A stretch of 64,000 nucleotides of DNA. It comes from Eledone cirrhosa. Taxonomy: Eukaryota. The notes under the pieces were generated by a model, which searched no databases, was not told the DNA's origin, and worked only from the letters and a program-made list of their open reading frames with translations. Positions 25,973-40,610 of this stretch are shown in pieces (within the stretch, counting starts at the first letter, position 1; every line of letters starts with the position of its first letter). Made by a program: the position numbers and the translations under genes. The DNA lies in assembly GCA_964016885.1 (NCBI GenBank), contig OZ024740.1:42842001-42906000 (forward strand), in the 5' to 3' direction.

Positions 25973-27354
25973 TTATCAAGCTACATATGAACACCATCCA
26001 AATCCTCCTTCCACAAACGCCTCACCTCACCGTACCATTCATTATTAGTCTTCCCTCCTAGGCTCATTATTAATCGCTTATCCAGATCTTCTCTCTCACA
26101 AAATTAACCTAACCGACGGAATGTTATTCCTACAGATGTTTTCACTACTTCTGCTTATTTGTTGCCGTTCAACCAGAATATCAACTGCACCATATCACAG
26201 TTCTTCGCGGGTATCGGACTCTCTGTTCGGGTAATAGGCAAGATTTCCTTCAAGCGATACAAACCATTAATAATTGGTTAGAAATGTGTGTATTCCCGTA
26301 GAACAAACTTTATTAATAGATTACGTGAATTCACACCAATTCTACATATCAATCTCATTCCTGATAACCTTCTAAAGGCACTTGAAATTTAAACTGATGG
26401 GTATTTACAGTTATAACAACAGGCTGGTTGATCGACCGATTAAAGACCTTCTTCTTAGAAGGTATTTCCACCGTTGACAATAAAAATGTTATATGAAGTA
26501 GCAGAACAACGGTAAACCGATTATATAAAGATAAGACATCAATAGAAAACATTGACATTTAAATATATAAAATATTATTCCAATGAATGTGTATAAATGC
26601 ATGTTAACACGTTTAAGAAGATTGTTCCTATTAATAAGCCTAACGTAAATTATATACACATATATAAGCACATTAACATATGCATACACTCATAGATATA
26701 TTCACACTTTCATACAAAACACACACATTTATATACACACCCACGTACACGCACTCTCAGAGAGAAGCACTAAAGTTTTATGTTTCTCTTAATGCGGAGA
26801 TCGGTATGATGGCTGCAACTCGATTTCAAATAATGCCATCGCTTGATGCTTAAGCATGAGCAGCAGGGACGTTTCTTTCTACTTCTGTTAATACCATGTC
26901 TCGCAAGAAATGTCATATATCAAGCGATGCTTGTGCTAGAAACATTTTTAAGTGAGGAAAGGCTTTGCACGGGACCAATCCGACTCTCTGAACATCGAAC
27001 ACATTTGCCCCAAAAGAAGTACTGCTCTACATCATTGGATGCAAACGAAGTCGCAGGTTTATATCAGAGTGACTTTCTCCAAGAACGATGTCCTAATGAG
27101 GATTAGGAATCCCTTGCTTTAAAAAAACAACTTTATTGGATGGTCTTTGACTCTCCTGGGTTCGTCCGCCTTTTGATGGGATTAGTTTTTTCATCCTACA
27201 GAGTGTCTGAAATCACTCTCCACACCAAGCAGGCTTCGTGGGTTGCCGGTTTGGTCACCGACCATCCAGCTATGCACAATGTACTGGGTTACATTTTAAC
27301 GGTTAAAACACCGATTCTTTGCTTAAACTTTAATCTGTTATTTTAATAAATATG

Positions 27355-27405
<51 letters not shown>

Positions 27406-27425
27406 GTATATATGCTATATATATG

Positions 27426-27571
<146 letters not shown>

Positions 27572-27676
27572 TATATATAATATATATACGTAGGTCCCGG
27601 GTTGAGTCGGGGATAACCACAGTAAGTAAGGTACTCAATACATGGCAGAGTAAAAAAAACTTTATTTTATAGAAGG

Positions 27677-27727
27677 AGCTTCTACAGGACTAGTACTGTT
27701 CCATTCAGATGAAATCTTCAGGAAGCT
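27677..27727 (-). ncRNA. Hammerhead fold with GAAA mutated to GGAA
   Basis: agcttc-CTGAAGA-t ttc atct gaa t-GGAA-cagtactagtcctg-TA-gaagct. Confidence 0.65.
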
Positions 27728-27872
27728 GGGTGTCATATTAAGTTCTGGTATTTATACATTTAGGTAGTAGTAAGGGAGGGGTGGTGGCTCGGGGGGGAAG
27801 ATGTTTTGTGGGTAAATATAATATATATATATAATATATATATATAATATATATGTATATATATAATATATA

Positions 27873-27918
<46 letters not shown>

Positions 27919-27920
27919 TA

Positions 27921-27988
<68 letters not shown>

Positions 27989-27994
<6 letters not shown>

Positions 27995-28583
27995 GGAAAA
28001 ATGAAACGATATTTCATTTCCCACTCTTAGTACGGCTGTTACTTAAATATAAGTATGCACACGTACATATATGTATACCGACGTACAGTACTATGTATAT
28101 ATATATATATACATACTACTGTACGTCGGTATACATATATGTATGTACGTGTACATACTTATATTTAAGTAACAGCCGTACTAAGAGTGGGAAATGAAAT
28201 ATCGTTTCATTTTTTCCGTTTATCGTTTTCGGTGCACCCGGCCGATTAACCCACTCGATATGCAAATTGGGCTACTCAGCCGTTAATATGCATAAGGTAA
28301 GTATATACGTTCAACAATCTGGCAGGAAGGTATACGTTGCTGACGATAGCTAACAAGCTTGAAACTAGTACAGCGTTCCATTGTCAGTGTTGAACAAACG
28401 AGCAACGGTGGTTGCTAGACACTACGGCTTAATACGGGATGTTTGTTTACAAACACACCGAGCATTATAATAAATGTTCGGTGAATCCATACGTGCATAT
28501 ATATATGTGTGCATGTATGTATATATATACATACTACTGTACGTCGGTATACATATATCTATGTACGTGTACATACTTATATA

Positions 28584-28585
<2 letters not shown>
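27989..28585 (+). mobile_element. Retrozyme-like non-coding element (418-nt unit) with 5' inverted copy
   Basis: Palindrome 27989-28223; direct repeat 28112-~28165 at 28530-~28583; internal hammerhead; embedded in (TA)n. Confidence 0.7.
28334..28376 (+). ncRNA. Minimal type I hammerhead ribozyme
   Basis: acgttg-CTGACGA-t agc taacaa gct t-GAAA-ctag-TA-cagcgt; palindromic stem III ACTAGT. Confidence 0.82.
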
Positions 28586-28614
<29 letters not shown>

Positions 28615-28637
28615 GGGTATATATACATATATATATG

Positions 28638-28723
<86 letters not shown>

Positions 28724-28848
28724 TAAATATGGGGTAAATATAATATATATATATATATATATATAATATATATAATATATATATATATATATAATATATA
28801 CAATATATATATAATATATATATATATTATATATATATATAATATATA

Positions 28849-28891
<43 letters not shown>

Positions 28892-29004
28892 TAAACTTTA
28901 ATCTGTTATTTCAATAAATATTTGCCCTACGGTTCTTATATATTTGATATATATTTATCCTTATCGAGCCTTCTCTGGATTTTAGTCTTCAAATTTATTA
29001 TTAT

Positions 29005-29083
<79 letters not shown>

Positions 29084-29763
29084 GAAGCAGAAAATTGCTT
29101 ATTGTGATCCAGTTCGTGGTAAAGAAAGCCAGATTCATGGATGGTTTCAACGTACGGTTAGGGGTAACTCCACAAGTTTGTAAGAATTCCGTTCAATCTT
29201 GGAGTATAAAGTATAAAAGAGAAAACACAGGTAAGCTTTAAGAGAAGGATTTTATCCAGGTATTTACGACCGTTTCATTGGTAAGTGCAACCTTATATTG
29301 CTATACTGCAAATAGCAGCCACTCAATTATAATTGTTGTTCACGTCCAAATTTTCAAAATATACTATTCAGTTTGTCCCCTCACCTTCTAATTCCTCTCC
29401 CTCTCTCTCTATACTAGTAAATACAATTCCCCAAAAAATGTTTTTCTCTTTATATTAAGAACTATTTCAATAGTAACTTACTCACTATTTTGAAAATTTG
29501 AACGTGAACAACAATTATAATTGAGTGTCTGCTATTTGCAGTATAGCAATATAAAGTTGCACTTACCAATGAAACGGTCGTAAATACCTGGATAATATCA
29601 TTTTCTTAATGCTTACCTGTGTTTTCTCTTTTATACTTTATACTCCAAGATTGAACGGAATTCTTACAAACTTGTGGAGTTACCCCTAACCGTACGTTGA
29701 AACCATCCATGAAACTGCCTTTCTTAACCACGAACTGGATCACAATAAGCCATTTACTGCTTC
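29084..29763. repeat. ~280-bp inverted repeat directly upstream of the PLE ORF
   Basis: 29084-29361 is the reverse complement of 29486-29763. Confidence 0.92.
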
Positions 29764-31499
29764 CATAACTACAGGCTCCTTATCGGTCGAGGAACCACCT
29801 AAACATACGGTACTACTATGGAAAAGCATTACATAGGTATTTCCCTAAAGAACATTCCTATACCTTTGAGAAAGACTTATACCCTCGGGATGATACAGCG
29901 AACAAACGACTTCATACGCCGAGTTAGATTGAAAACTTTCCATTTCGACAAAGGATGTAATGGTCGCACCGTGGAATACAACAAGGAAACATACGGCTTC
30001 AAATCGTGTAAGAACCCACCTACCAACCCTCAACTGGATGTCTTTGAACAGGACTTACTGAAGATGATTATGAATATCAAATTCAAAAAGCGGAGGAATA
30101 ATAAACTCCAGAATGACATAAATACATTCCTAAAAAAGCTGCGAACTACCAATGGAATTATTGTCAAAGCGGACAAAACCTCAAATGTGTATACGATGGA
30201 TGTTAATACATACAATAGCTTCATACGGAAAGAATTACATAGGAAATACAAAAAAACTAATGAGGCGGCACTGATAAAAATCAACAACGAGGCACACAGT
30301 ATAGTCAAACACATAGGAATAGACGACAGAACGGAGCCACTTAGGCCATGTACCCCCACATTTAATCTCAAGGACCACAAGGTAAATTTTAATTATAACC
30401 CCACAATTAGACTTATATGCCCGTCCAAATCGGCCATCGGGAAAATTAGTAAACATATATTAGACAGAGTGATAGCACAAATGAAGAATAAACTAGTGAT
30501 TAAACTATTGGGTAACGCTACCGAAACAATTAAGTGGTTTAACAATATAGCTAACAAAAAAGTATCTAAATTTATACAATTTGACATTAACGACTTTTAC
30601 TCATCTATATCTCCCAACACCTTGGATAAAGCCTTAGCATTCCCCAAAGTCAATTCTGAGCTAACAGACGACGAGATGAAAATCATATTAGCTGCTAGGA
30701 AAACAATAATTAAATTTGAAATCGCCTATTAGGAACGTAAGGATAGATTAAATAATTTTACATCACGATGTGGGCTAACGACTCGGCTCAAGTCACAGAT
30801 TTAGTAGGTATCTACATAGCCCATAGTTTACAGAGTGAGTTTAGCGACCTTCACGGTGGAATCTACAGAGACGACGCCCTTCTCCTAGTTAAGAACCTAA
30901 ATAACCAGAGCATAGAAAGAACCCATAACAATATTAGAAAGACTCTCGGGAAACTAGGCATTAGCATAACGTATGAGTATAGCACTAAAACAGTTAACTT
31001 TCTAGACGCGACGCTTAACCTAAATACGGGACTTATAAGACCTTTTCACAAGATTAATGAAAACTTAGCATACATCAACTGTAACTCAAACCACCCACTA
31101 TCCATAATTAAATCCATTCCACGCAGCATATCCCTTAGGATCTCCCGTCTCTCGTCTAACCGACAATTCTTCGAGGAACATGCAGAATACTACAATACCG
31201 CATTAGACAAGGCAGGCCACTTAGATAGAGTAGAATATATAGATGAAAGCCTCCGTGAAGCGCACACGAACACGCATAACACAAACTCCAGAAACACACG
31301 CACACATTCACGTACGCATAGAACTACAAAGTATACGGTAAATAGAAATACAACATCGAAATCAAACAAGTCACGCAGTAGAAAATATATTTGGTATAAC
31401 CTCATATTTAACACCTCTATTAGTACTAACCTACCCTCCATCTTCTTTAGAATAATAAATAAGCACTTTCCAGATTCACATAGATACAATATTAAATAA
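29486..31499 (+). mobile_element. Penelope-like element family A with intact 5' start, RT split by stop/frameshift, 3'-truncated before GIY-YIG
   Basis: ORF 29818-30732 (SLKNIP, KADKT, FIQFDINDFY) and 30768-31499 (GGIYRDD, NFLD, WYN). Confidence 0.93.
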
Positions 31500-31807
31500 A
31501 TGGAAAACTATATTTATAAAACCATATTTATTTCATTATATATATTTCGGGGATATCATATTAACAATATGCTATGCCTTCATCAGACAAAATACAATAT
31601 AAACAGTTTTATAGACAGATAGGTTCGACATACCGTTATAACACCGACTTTATAACGGTATGTCGAACCTATTTGTCTATAAAACTGTTTATATTGTATT
31701 TTGTCTGATGAAGGCATAGCATATTGTTAATATGATATCCCCGAAATATATATAATGAAATAAATATGGTTTTATAAATATAGTTTTCCATTTATTTAAT
31801 ATTGTAT
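31484..31807. repeat. 158-bp-arm palindrome with a hammerhead fold in each arm
   Basis: Arms 31484-31641 and 31650-31807, 8-nt loop; CTGATGA..GAAA-tatata-TA at 31698-31761 (+) and 31530-31593 (-). Confidence 0.92.
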
Positions 31808-31866
31808 ATATATATATATATATGAAAAAGAACACAAGAGCGTCTACAACATCAAAAGATTTTTAT

Positions 31867-31917
31867 TGGCTAACAATGTTTCTTCCTTACGTGTAACCGT
31901 AGGATTCATCAGAGCTA
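31867..31917 (-). ncRNA. Type I hammerhead fold at the end of a PLE-type 3' region (31824-32460)
   Basis: tagct-CTGATGA-a tcct acg gttaca cgt a agga a-GAAA-cattg-TT-agcca. Confidence 0.7.
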
Positions 31918-32469
31918 TAAAAGGGGTTTGATTCGTGTTATGGACTCTACCAACCAAACACCCAAGAACAAAGTGGAAAGAGAGTAAAGAGCAAAAGTAG
32001 GGGACGATAAGTCTAATTTTGGTGCGGGAGGGTGGGGTGTTGGTCCTCGTTTACTAGCTGCGGTCATATTCATTCTCGGGAGTCGGGTGGTTAGCTGAAC
32101 CATAGATGGGGTGGCGTCGATAGTATGGTGCAGAGGGTGCGCAGAGGCTACACAAACACAAAGGGCGTAGAATACATATATACATATAGCGGAGGAGAAG
32201 GTACATGAGGTAATTAGAAAAAGAGTAATAATAATAATCTATAATTAATAGTGTATAATAAGGCATGGGGAAGATTACACTATAATAAGGTATAAAGGTA
32301 AGGATAAGGTAAAATATAAAGGAGGATAAAAGTGGAAATAATAATAAAGATAAAAAAATATATATAGAGGATATATAAGGAAATATAAGCGAATATTTGG
32401 AGGGGAAAACACAATGTAAAAAAACCGTTTTTTTCAAACAATAATAAAAATATATACATATACTATATA

Positions 32470-33835
<1,366 letters not shown>

Positions 33836-33842
33836 TATATTT

Positions 33843-34127
33843 ATAAATATAGGGTGGTAGAACACTGGAAGGTAATATCCGTAGTGATAGAATACTCAGT
33901 CCATGGGACGAGTTAGGAAGAAGTGGTTACACAACAGTTAGTTCACCATACCTAGAACAATTGTTTCACCTTAGCGGATTCTCAGCTCGAACTAAGGATC
34001 CGCTAAGGTGAAACAATTGTTCTAGGTATGGTGAACTAACTGTTGTGTAACCACTTCTTCCTAACTCGTCCCATGGACTGAGTATTCTATCACTACGGAT
34101 ATTACCTTCCAGTGTTCTACCACCCTA

Positions 34128-34134
<7 letters not shown>
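33843..34134. repeat. 292-bp near-perfect palindrome centred on TCGA
   Basis: Centre 33987-33990; each arm has a degenerate hammerhead (CT[G/A]AG[A/G]A-tcc gctaa ggt-GAAA-caattg-TT). Confidence 0.93.
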
Positions 34135-34213
<79 letters not shown>

Positions 34214-34263
34214 CACATATATATATATATATATATACATACATACACATATATATATATATA

Positions 34264-34610
34264 TGGTGGCTGCCAACTCGTTTTCGAGTACGGCCACTAC
34301 TTTATATCCACGTAGGAGAACCCCTACCGATGCGCTGAATAAGTGTGACTTTTTAGTCCAGCCAGCGACTTGAAAACTCTGGTACAAACACTACACTTGT
34401 GACAATTATTGACACATAGTGCTGGGCCCATGGTACCATGTGACGACAAGTGCAGAGAGATCTCCAGATATAAAGCAATGCCTGTGCTGTGAAGCTTTTA
34501 TAGTGAGCAAAGGCACTGCACAAAGACAGTCCCACTCTCTTAACCAAGATGATATTTACCAAAAAGAAGAACAAGTCAACATCATTGGAAACCATCAGGG
34601 TTGCAGGTGT
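34264..34610 (-). mobile_element. RTE-clade LINE extreme 3' fragment
   Basis: [26 protein letters not shown]2H2-like C-terminus, short 3' stem-loop, then (TA)n. Confidence 0.65.
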
Positions 34611-34695
34611 TATATCAGAGTTTTCCTATATATATATACATACATACACATATATATATATACATACATACATATAATAGATACATATATATACA

Positions 34696-34829
<134 letters not shown>

Positions 34830-34837
34830 ATATTAAC

Positions 34838-34985
34838 AAATGGAAACTATATTTATAAAACCATATTTATTTCATTATACATATTTCAAGGGTCACCAAA
34901 GGAGATTATGGTGCGCTTTCATTAGATAAAATATAATATAGATTAGTTTTATAAATAAATATTGACATACCCTGAAAAAATGCAG
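34838..34985 (-). mobile_element. PLE terminal fragment with mutated hammerhead (CTAATGA)
   Basis: Homologous to 1190-1340 and 31490-31640; fold at 34869-34932. Confidence 0.7.
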
Positions 34986-34999
34986 CCTTCACAGTTGGA

Positions 35000-35042
<43 letters not shown>

Positions 35043-35099
35043 AAAAAAAGGGGAAGAATGACTTCACTTGTGGTTGATGTTTTTTTACAAATTCCAATC

Positions 35100-37700
35100 A
35101 TTAGAATAAGTCGTTATTGATTTTAGTTCTGGTAATATTAATGCAAATATAAACAAACAATGCTGACCTCAAACTGGAAATATACCTTTGGACTATATTC
35201 TATCAAACCAGGTCGTAGCAATTCACGTTTATGTTCTTGTGTTGACTTTCCAGAAACTCTTTGGCACTATCTATTCCAATGTAGAACCTATGAGTTTGAG
35301 TGAGTGACCATATTGGAATCCATCTTTAAATATCCACCATAATTGGAAGTTTAATATATGGTTAAATATAAAGAAAATCTTTGAGTACATGGAAGCTACG
35401 AAAAGATTCAACAGTCGAAACTTCTAGCTGTTTTACAGCTTCCCTTGTTTTCTATTTCCCTTTTTCTTTTCCTTTTCTTATCAATATTCTGCCTCCCATA
35501 GGGCTTCAATATTTAACATTTTTATTTTTATGTATTTAAAAAAAATATTTCTGCTTTTTCCTTTTTTTTTATTATTTATTATTGTTTTAGTACTTGTCTC
35601 ACTAGCCCTTTTTGATTACCAACTCTAGGAGTACTCGATACTTTCCCTAGTCTGTCATGGCTTACTAGCTCTATACGGACGTTTTAATCAATTAAATAAA
35701 TAACTAAATAAAACCAAGTGGTTGTGTGATATACCCAACAATAAAGAATATAAAGTAAAGAATAAATTAAAAATAAAATATAACGATGGCAATGAACATG
35801 AAAATAATAATAATACAAATATTATAATTATCAATATTATTATTACTATTATTAATAATAATTTCTTTATTGGCCACAAGGGCCTATATATATAGGGGAC
35901 AATATAATAGACGAGGACAGTGGGGGTTTAACCAAAAAAATCGTGTAAACAATATAAAAGAATAACAATAAACAATATAATTAAACCAATATGAATTCCC
36001 CAATAGTGGAATAACAACCTAGGGCTGACACAGGTACCCCACCAATCCTGAACAATATGACACTTCGAGGGCACCCCTCTCCCTCTCAAATCAACCAGCC
36101 TACGGGCGCTTGATCAGAATAGGTACATTCACACGGGCCATTCTCGCCACATTCACCTACTTTATAGCAAATGTACTGTAGGACAGCACTTCTCTCTGCA
36201 CCCTCACCTACCTTTCCAAGTGAAACTTGAAAAAGTTGATGAGGGATTGTACGAAGAGAAAAGTGTCCGTCTTCAGTCCTTTCAACCTAGACTACAACAC
36301 AAGACAGAGGAAAACTACTTGCCCTTCCCGGTCAAAAGAAGGCGACAGGACGATCTACGCTATCGACTCGATAGATAGACGGATCCGTCCTACACGTGAC
36401 AACAGTAGTTTGACATCACTCCACAAATCAGTAATTCACGGAGACATGACGAATTGAGTGCAGAACGGTTTCGTCGCTCTGCTCGCATCTCAGGCAGGTC
36501 CGCCTGACTGTACTTCCGTGCCTGTAGGGTTTATCTCGAACCGGCAGTGCCCCCCCCCCCCCGGTAGCACAGCTAAGTGAGGGATTTCTGGAAGTTATCC
36601 AAAGTCCCCGGTTAGAAAATTCTCCGGAACAGACTGGTCAGTTCGACTTCGTCCATACTCAGAGTCTCTCCAAGTATGTCTCACACTTTCCCGCTACTAA
36701 TCCTCGATAGAACTCAAGAGTGGAAGTTCCACTGACCACATTGCCCACCTGGTAGAGGACAGTGAGCGCCTGGCAACATTCCAGATGGTAGGCGCCCAGA
36801 CTCAGTCTCTTCTTGACCTATCACTGCATCTCAGTCAAAGAGACTAACTGCGGAAACGCTTGTCTAATAAAAGGCAATCACGTGTAGGCAGAATATGTGG
36901 ACATGCCGCAGCTCATGTTTACGCATCATTAGCCACAGAGTGCTAACCTCAGATAGACCGACTAACCAACGGAACCTGTCCCCTCCTGTTCCAATTTGGC
37001 GAATTGCGAACGAAGGACAGGCGGTTGTAGATGCCGGGCGGATGTACACGTTTGCCATCTCTGACCGACCTTTCAAGGACAGATTCCTCTCGGTTCAATT
37101 CTGGGTAAGAATGGGGCCCGTGTTCGTAACCTCCCAATTTTTATCCATTTCGAGTTCTGTTCCGAACCCGGGGAACTTTAACGGTCAGTCCATCAGTTAT
37201 ATACTAATTTAAGGTATCACAACATATAATATGTATGATGCTTGTGTTTTTCAGTAGAAAAGCTCAGTGGACATTTATCCAGAGCATCATTAATTCAAAT
37301 TAGCATATAACTGCTCCAAATTCTTACTTTGTTGAGCTGCTCATATTGTGACTAGGACTTCGCATCTCTCTCTAGCAGATATGACATCCATCCCTGTTTA
37401 TATCTGCCGCCACAAATTTTTAACACCACGCAGTCTATAGTGCTGGTCTAACAATTTGATCCCGACAGATATAAAAGAATGTTGTACTCCATACTTTATT
37501 GGAACTTGGTGATCGATGATCGATTGCTTACATCAATTTTTGTTATGGTTTACTAATCATGAAGTTCCATTAAGAAAGAATTTTCCACCTTAAAGTAAGT
37601 ATTTTTCCAAAATATTATGTGCTTTAGATATATAGAAAGTACTATGTTTATCAAACGATATGTGGCTCTTTCTCACTATATAGACATATATCTTTTTATT
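35100..37700 (-). pseudogene. Decayed GlyR/GluCl-like relic 5, split by an L1/Tx1 insertion
   Basis: NKVWSTTFF (KVWSTTFF at 37497-37474), DINRDG; after the insert MYSKIFFIF..WWIFKD, HRFYIGI (35292-35272), CLFIFALI. Confidence 0.45.
35815..37195 (-). mobile_element. L1/Tx1-like LINE 3' fragment
   Basis: CLRCEQSDETVLH zinc-knuckle-like motif, LINFFKFHL..VRV.RE C-terminus, AATAAA and TTA-rich tail. Confidence 0.7.
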
Positions 37701-38214
37701 TGAATTATTGATGGGCAAATATCCATTGAGCTTTCCTACTGAGAAACTACAATCATCTTAAATTTCATATATGTTGTGATACCTTAAATTAGTATAAACA
37801 CACACACACACACACACACCAATATATACAATATATATTAACAAGCTGCAAATCTGATTACGTATTTCTCTCTCTTTAAGAAAATAATATATATATATAT
37901 AGAGAGAGAGACAGGGGGAGAGACAGATAGAGAGAGAGAGAGAGACAATAGGCAATCAGATTTACAGCTTTTTATGAAAGTTTATTGCATATTACAAATG
38001 TTTCGAAATTGATCAGCTCGGTTTTGATCAGGCGATCAGATCTCGACTCTTAATCGACACCTCCTCAGATATGCGAGTTTACATGGGTGGTCACATCCAA
38101 ACTTTTGACTTATGTCCGGTGTTTGTTTTATATACATGTTTTAGTGTTATATTGGGGTGGGTGGGAATAGTGAGGGGTAGATAGAGAACAGTAAATTACA
38201 ATACAATAGGAGGG

Positions 38215-38475
38215 AACATAATAATAATACCACTGATGATGTTGCAGATGTGCAACGAAAGCACTTTGATAGACTATATATATATATATATATATATTTA
38301 TATCTGTATTTTTAACCGTTGTTCAATCAATGATAAACATTGATTGCCAAATAAATTAACTATGGTGATATAAAAGATACAGAAGCGAAAACCAACCAAA
38401 CAGTGTGTGTGTTCTGTTATTATTTCTGGCAATATTATTACAACAATATGACTCTCCCCAAGTGTAACAATAATT
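38215..38475 (+). mobile_element. Solo PLE-B terminal repeat with hammerhead
   Basis: Matches 13300-13565; tacca-CTGATGA-t gttgca gatg tgcaac-GAAA-gcac-TT-tgata at 38228-38271. Confidence 0.8.
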
Positions 38476-38724
38476 ACTATTTAAATATCACGGAAATGAG
38501 GAATTGCAAAGAATTGTAAAATAATTGTAAAGCTGATACATGGGATTGGAAGTGAAGGTAATTGACGAAAGTATGAATAGCAAAATTGAAAGTGGGGAAA
38601 GGGGGAAATAGGAGAAAAAGAGAAAGAAAGAGGAAAAGCAACAGGCGTAGGAGAAGGCGGAAGTGTAGAGATCGATATAATATTGAAGTTTGTATAGAGG
38701 TTCTTAGACCGTATTGTTCTAGAT

Positions 38725-39199
38725 CATTGTTTCCCAAAGTGGGCGGTACCGCCCCTCTGGGGGCGGTGCTTTGATATCAGGGCGGTTGGGGGCGACAGTG
38801 TAGTATTAAAAAAAATAAAAAAATAAGCTATTTATTATTTAAATTTTAAACAATAAATAGCTTGTTTTTTTCTTTTTTTTACAAATATATTGCATATGTA
38901 TATTAAGCACTTATATAGTCAGCTACAATAAAGACATATAGACATCTATAATAAAGACATCTATGAGATTCTGTAGATTCTACACAATCTCATAGATGTC
39001 TTTATTCTTATTGGCAAAATCACATTCTTTTTACATCTATGTTACTAATGATAAACTAACATCATCACCATCACTGCTTAATGTCCACTTTCTCTGTTAA
39101 TAAGGTTTGGATGTATCATCACAGACTGATGGTGGGGGGCGCTGAGGGTATTACTTGGCCGTGAGGGGGGCGGTGGCCCCAAAAGTTTGAGAACCTCTG
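38725..39199. mobile_element. Non-autonomous hAT (Charlie/Buster-like) element
   Basis: TIRs CATTGTTTCCCAAA / TTTGAGAACCTCTG; exact 8-bp TSD TTCTAGAT at 38717-38724 and 39200-39207. Confidence 0.9.
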
Positions 39200-39402
39200 T
39201 TCTAGATAGTTTAACAGCCAGCGGGAATTTGTTGAGTGTATTAGCTTCCTCTCTTTGGAGATAGGCCAGTATTTATGTATCTTCTGCCATACCTGGGACA
39301 AAAACAAGATCAGCCACTATACTTCAGACACCAATAACAGCTGAGGCCATATTTCTAAGGCCGTTAAATTACTGAAGAATAATATTAAAGCATACGAGGG
39401 AG

Positions 39403-39494
39403 GAGAAGAAGAAGAAGAAGAAGAAGAAGAAGAAGAAGAAGAAGAAGAAGAAGAAGAAGAAGAAGAAGAAGAAGAAGAAGAAGAAGAAGAAGAA
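39403..39494. repeat. (GAA)n microsatellite
   Basis: Direct reading. Confidence 0.97.
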
Positions 39495-40389
39495 ACAGTT
39501 GTAATGTGCAATAACATTTCATAAGCTGCAAATCTGACTTCATTTTGTCATATTGTCACTCTACATATACACTCTGCAAACTACAGTCTCCTCAAACCTG
39601 GAGCACAACCCAACGAGAGGCGGATCCCGTAACAGCATCTACTGCTTCGAGCACTTAAATATAATACTAGCAGAAAAACCACCATTCGGATGGTTTTCTG
39701 CTAGAATGTGTAGTGTATATATTGATATTATACGCAAGTATATATGCATGCAGATATCATACATCAAATAAAATCGTAATTGACAATATACACAGAAATT
39801 GAACGAAGACTCTGTTACACTCTCTTATGTAATCAGTAACGTAATCAATGATACATTAAAATAGACGATATTATATATCTGCTAGCATGTGTAGTCTATA
39901 TATTGATATACGCAAGTATATAATTACTTGAAACAATGAAAGAACTGATGCGAGATTCGACTTGGTATAAATAGCAGTCGAATTTCTCTAAAATAATATT
40001 GTATAAGAACCATGGCAATAAGACAGAGAGAATTTATTGTATAATATTCTATTTACACACTACACATTTAAAAAAGTTGATATTATGAAGTCTAGAAGAT
40101 CATTGTTTTGTGCGATCGGATGTGACATATATATATAGGATCTGTGTATCACTTAAGTGAATAAATCATTGGCACTTCAGTGAATATTTCACAGTGTAGT
40201 AGATTCGGTTCTTGATATCGACTGATTACGAACAACAAATTTCGTAATTGCTTTTAAAATAATAGTGAATGCCCAATTTCCATGAACATTATATTTAATT
40301 ATACTTCATCAAAACAGATTATGGTTTAGTTTCCAATTATAGATAACCATTTTTATTACGTACCTTATTGGCTGAAATGGTCCACGGAA

Positions 40390-40610
40390 CTGTAACCAAT
40401 CTCCCTTCCCAGTCTTTTTTACACACAATTACTACGTTTTGAAGCATCTGAATGACTTCCCAAAACAAGTCGTCAATAATAAATCAACAGCTCCAATCAC
40501 CTTCAAAGAATTGGCTCCAGAACTCCAGAATCCTTTCGTTAGAAGAATAAACAGGCTTATTTCTCATTGGGAATATTATGTAGATACGGAATATTATGAA
40601 GATTCTTGTG
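40390..40610 (+). mobile_element. Mariner transposase C-terminal relic
   Basis: KHLNDF....F..RINRLISHWEYYVD..YYE resembles the mariner C-terminus. Confidence 0.55.
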
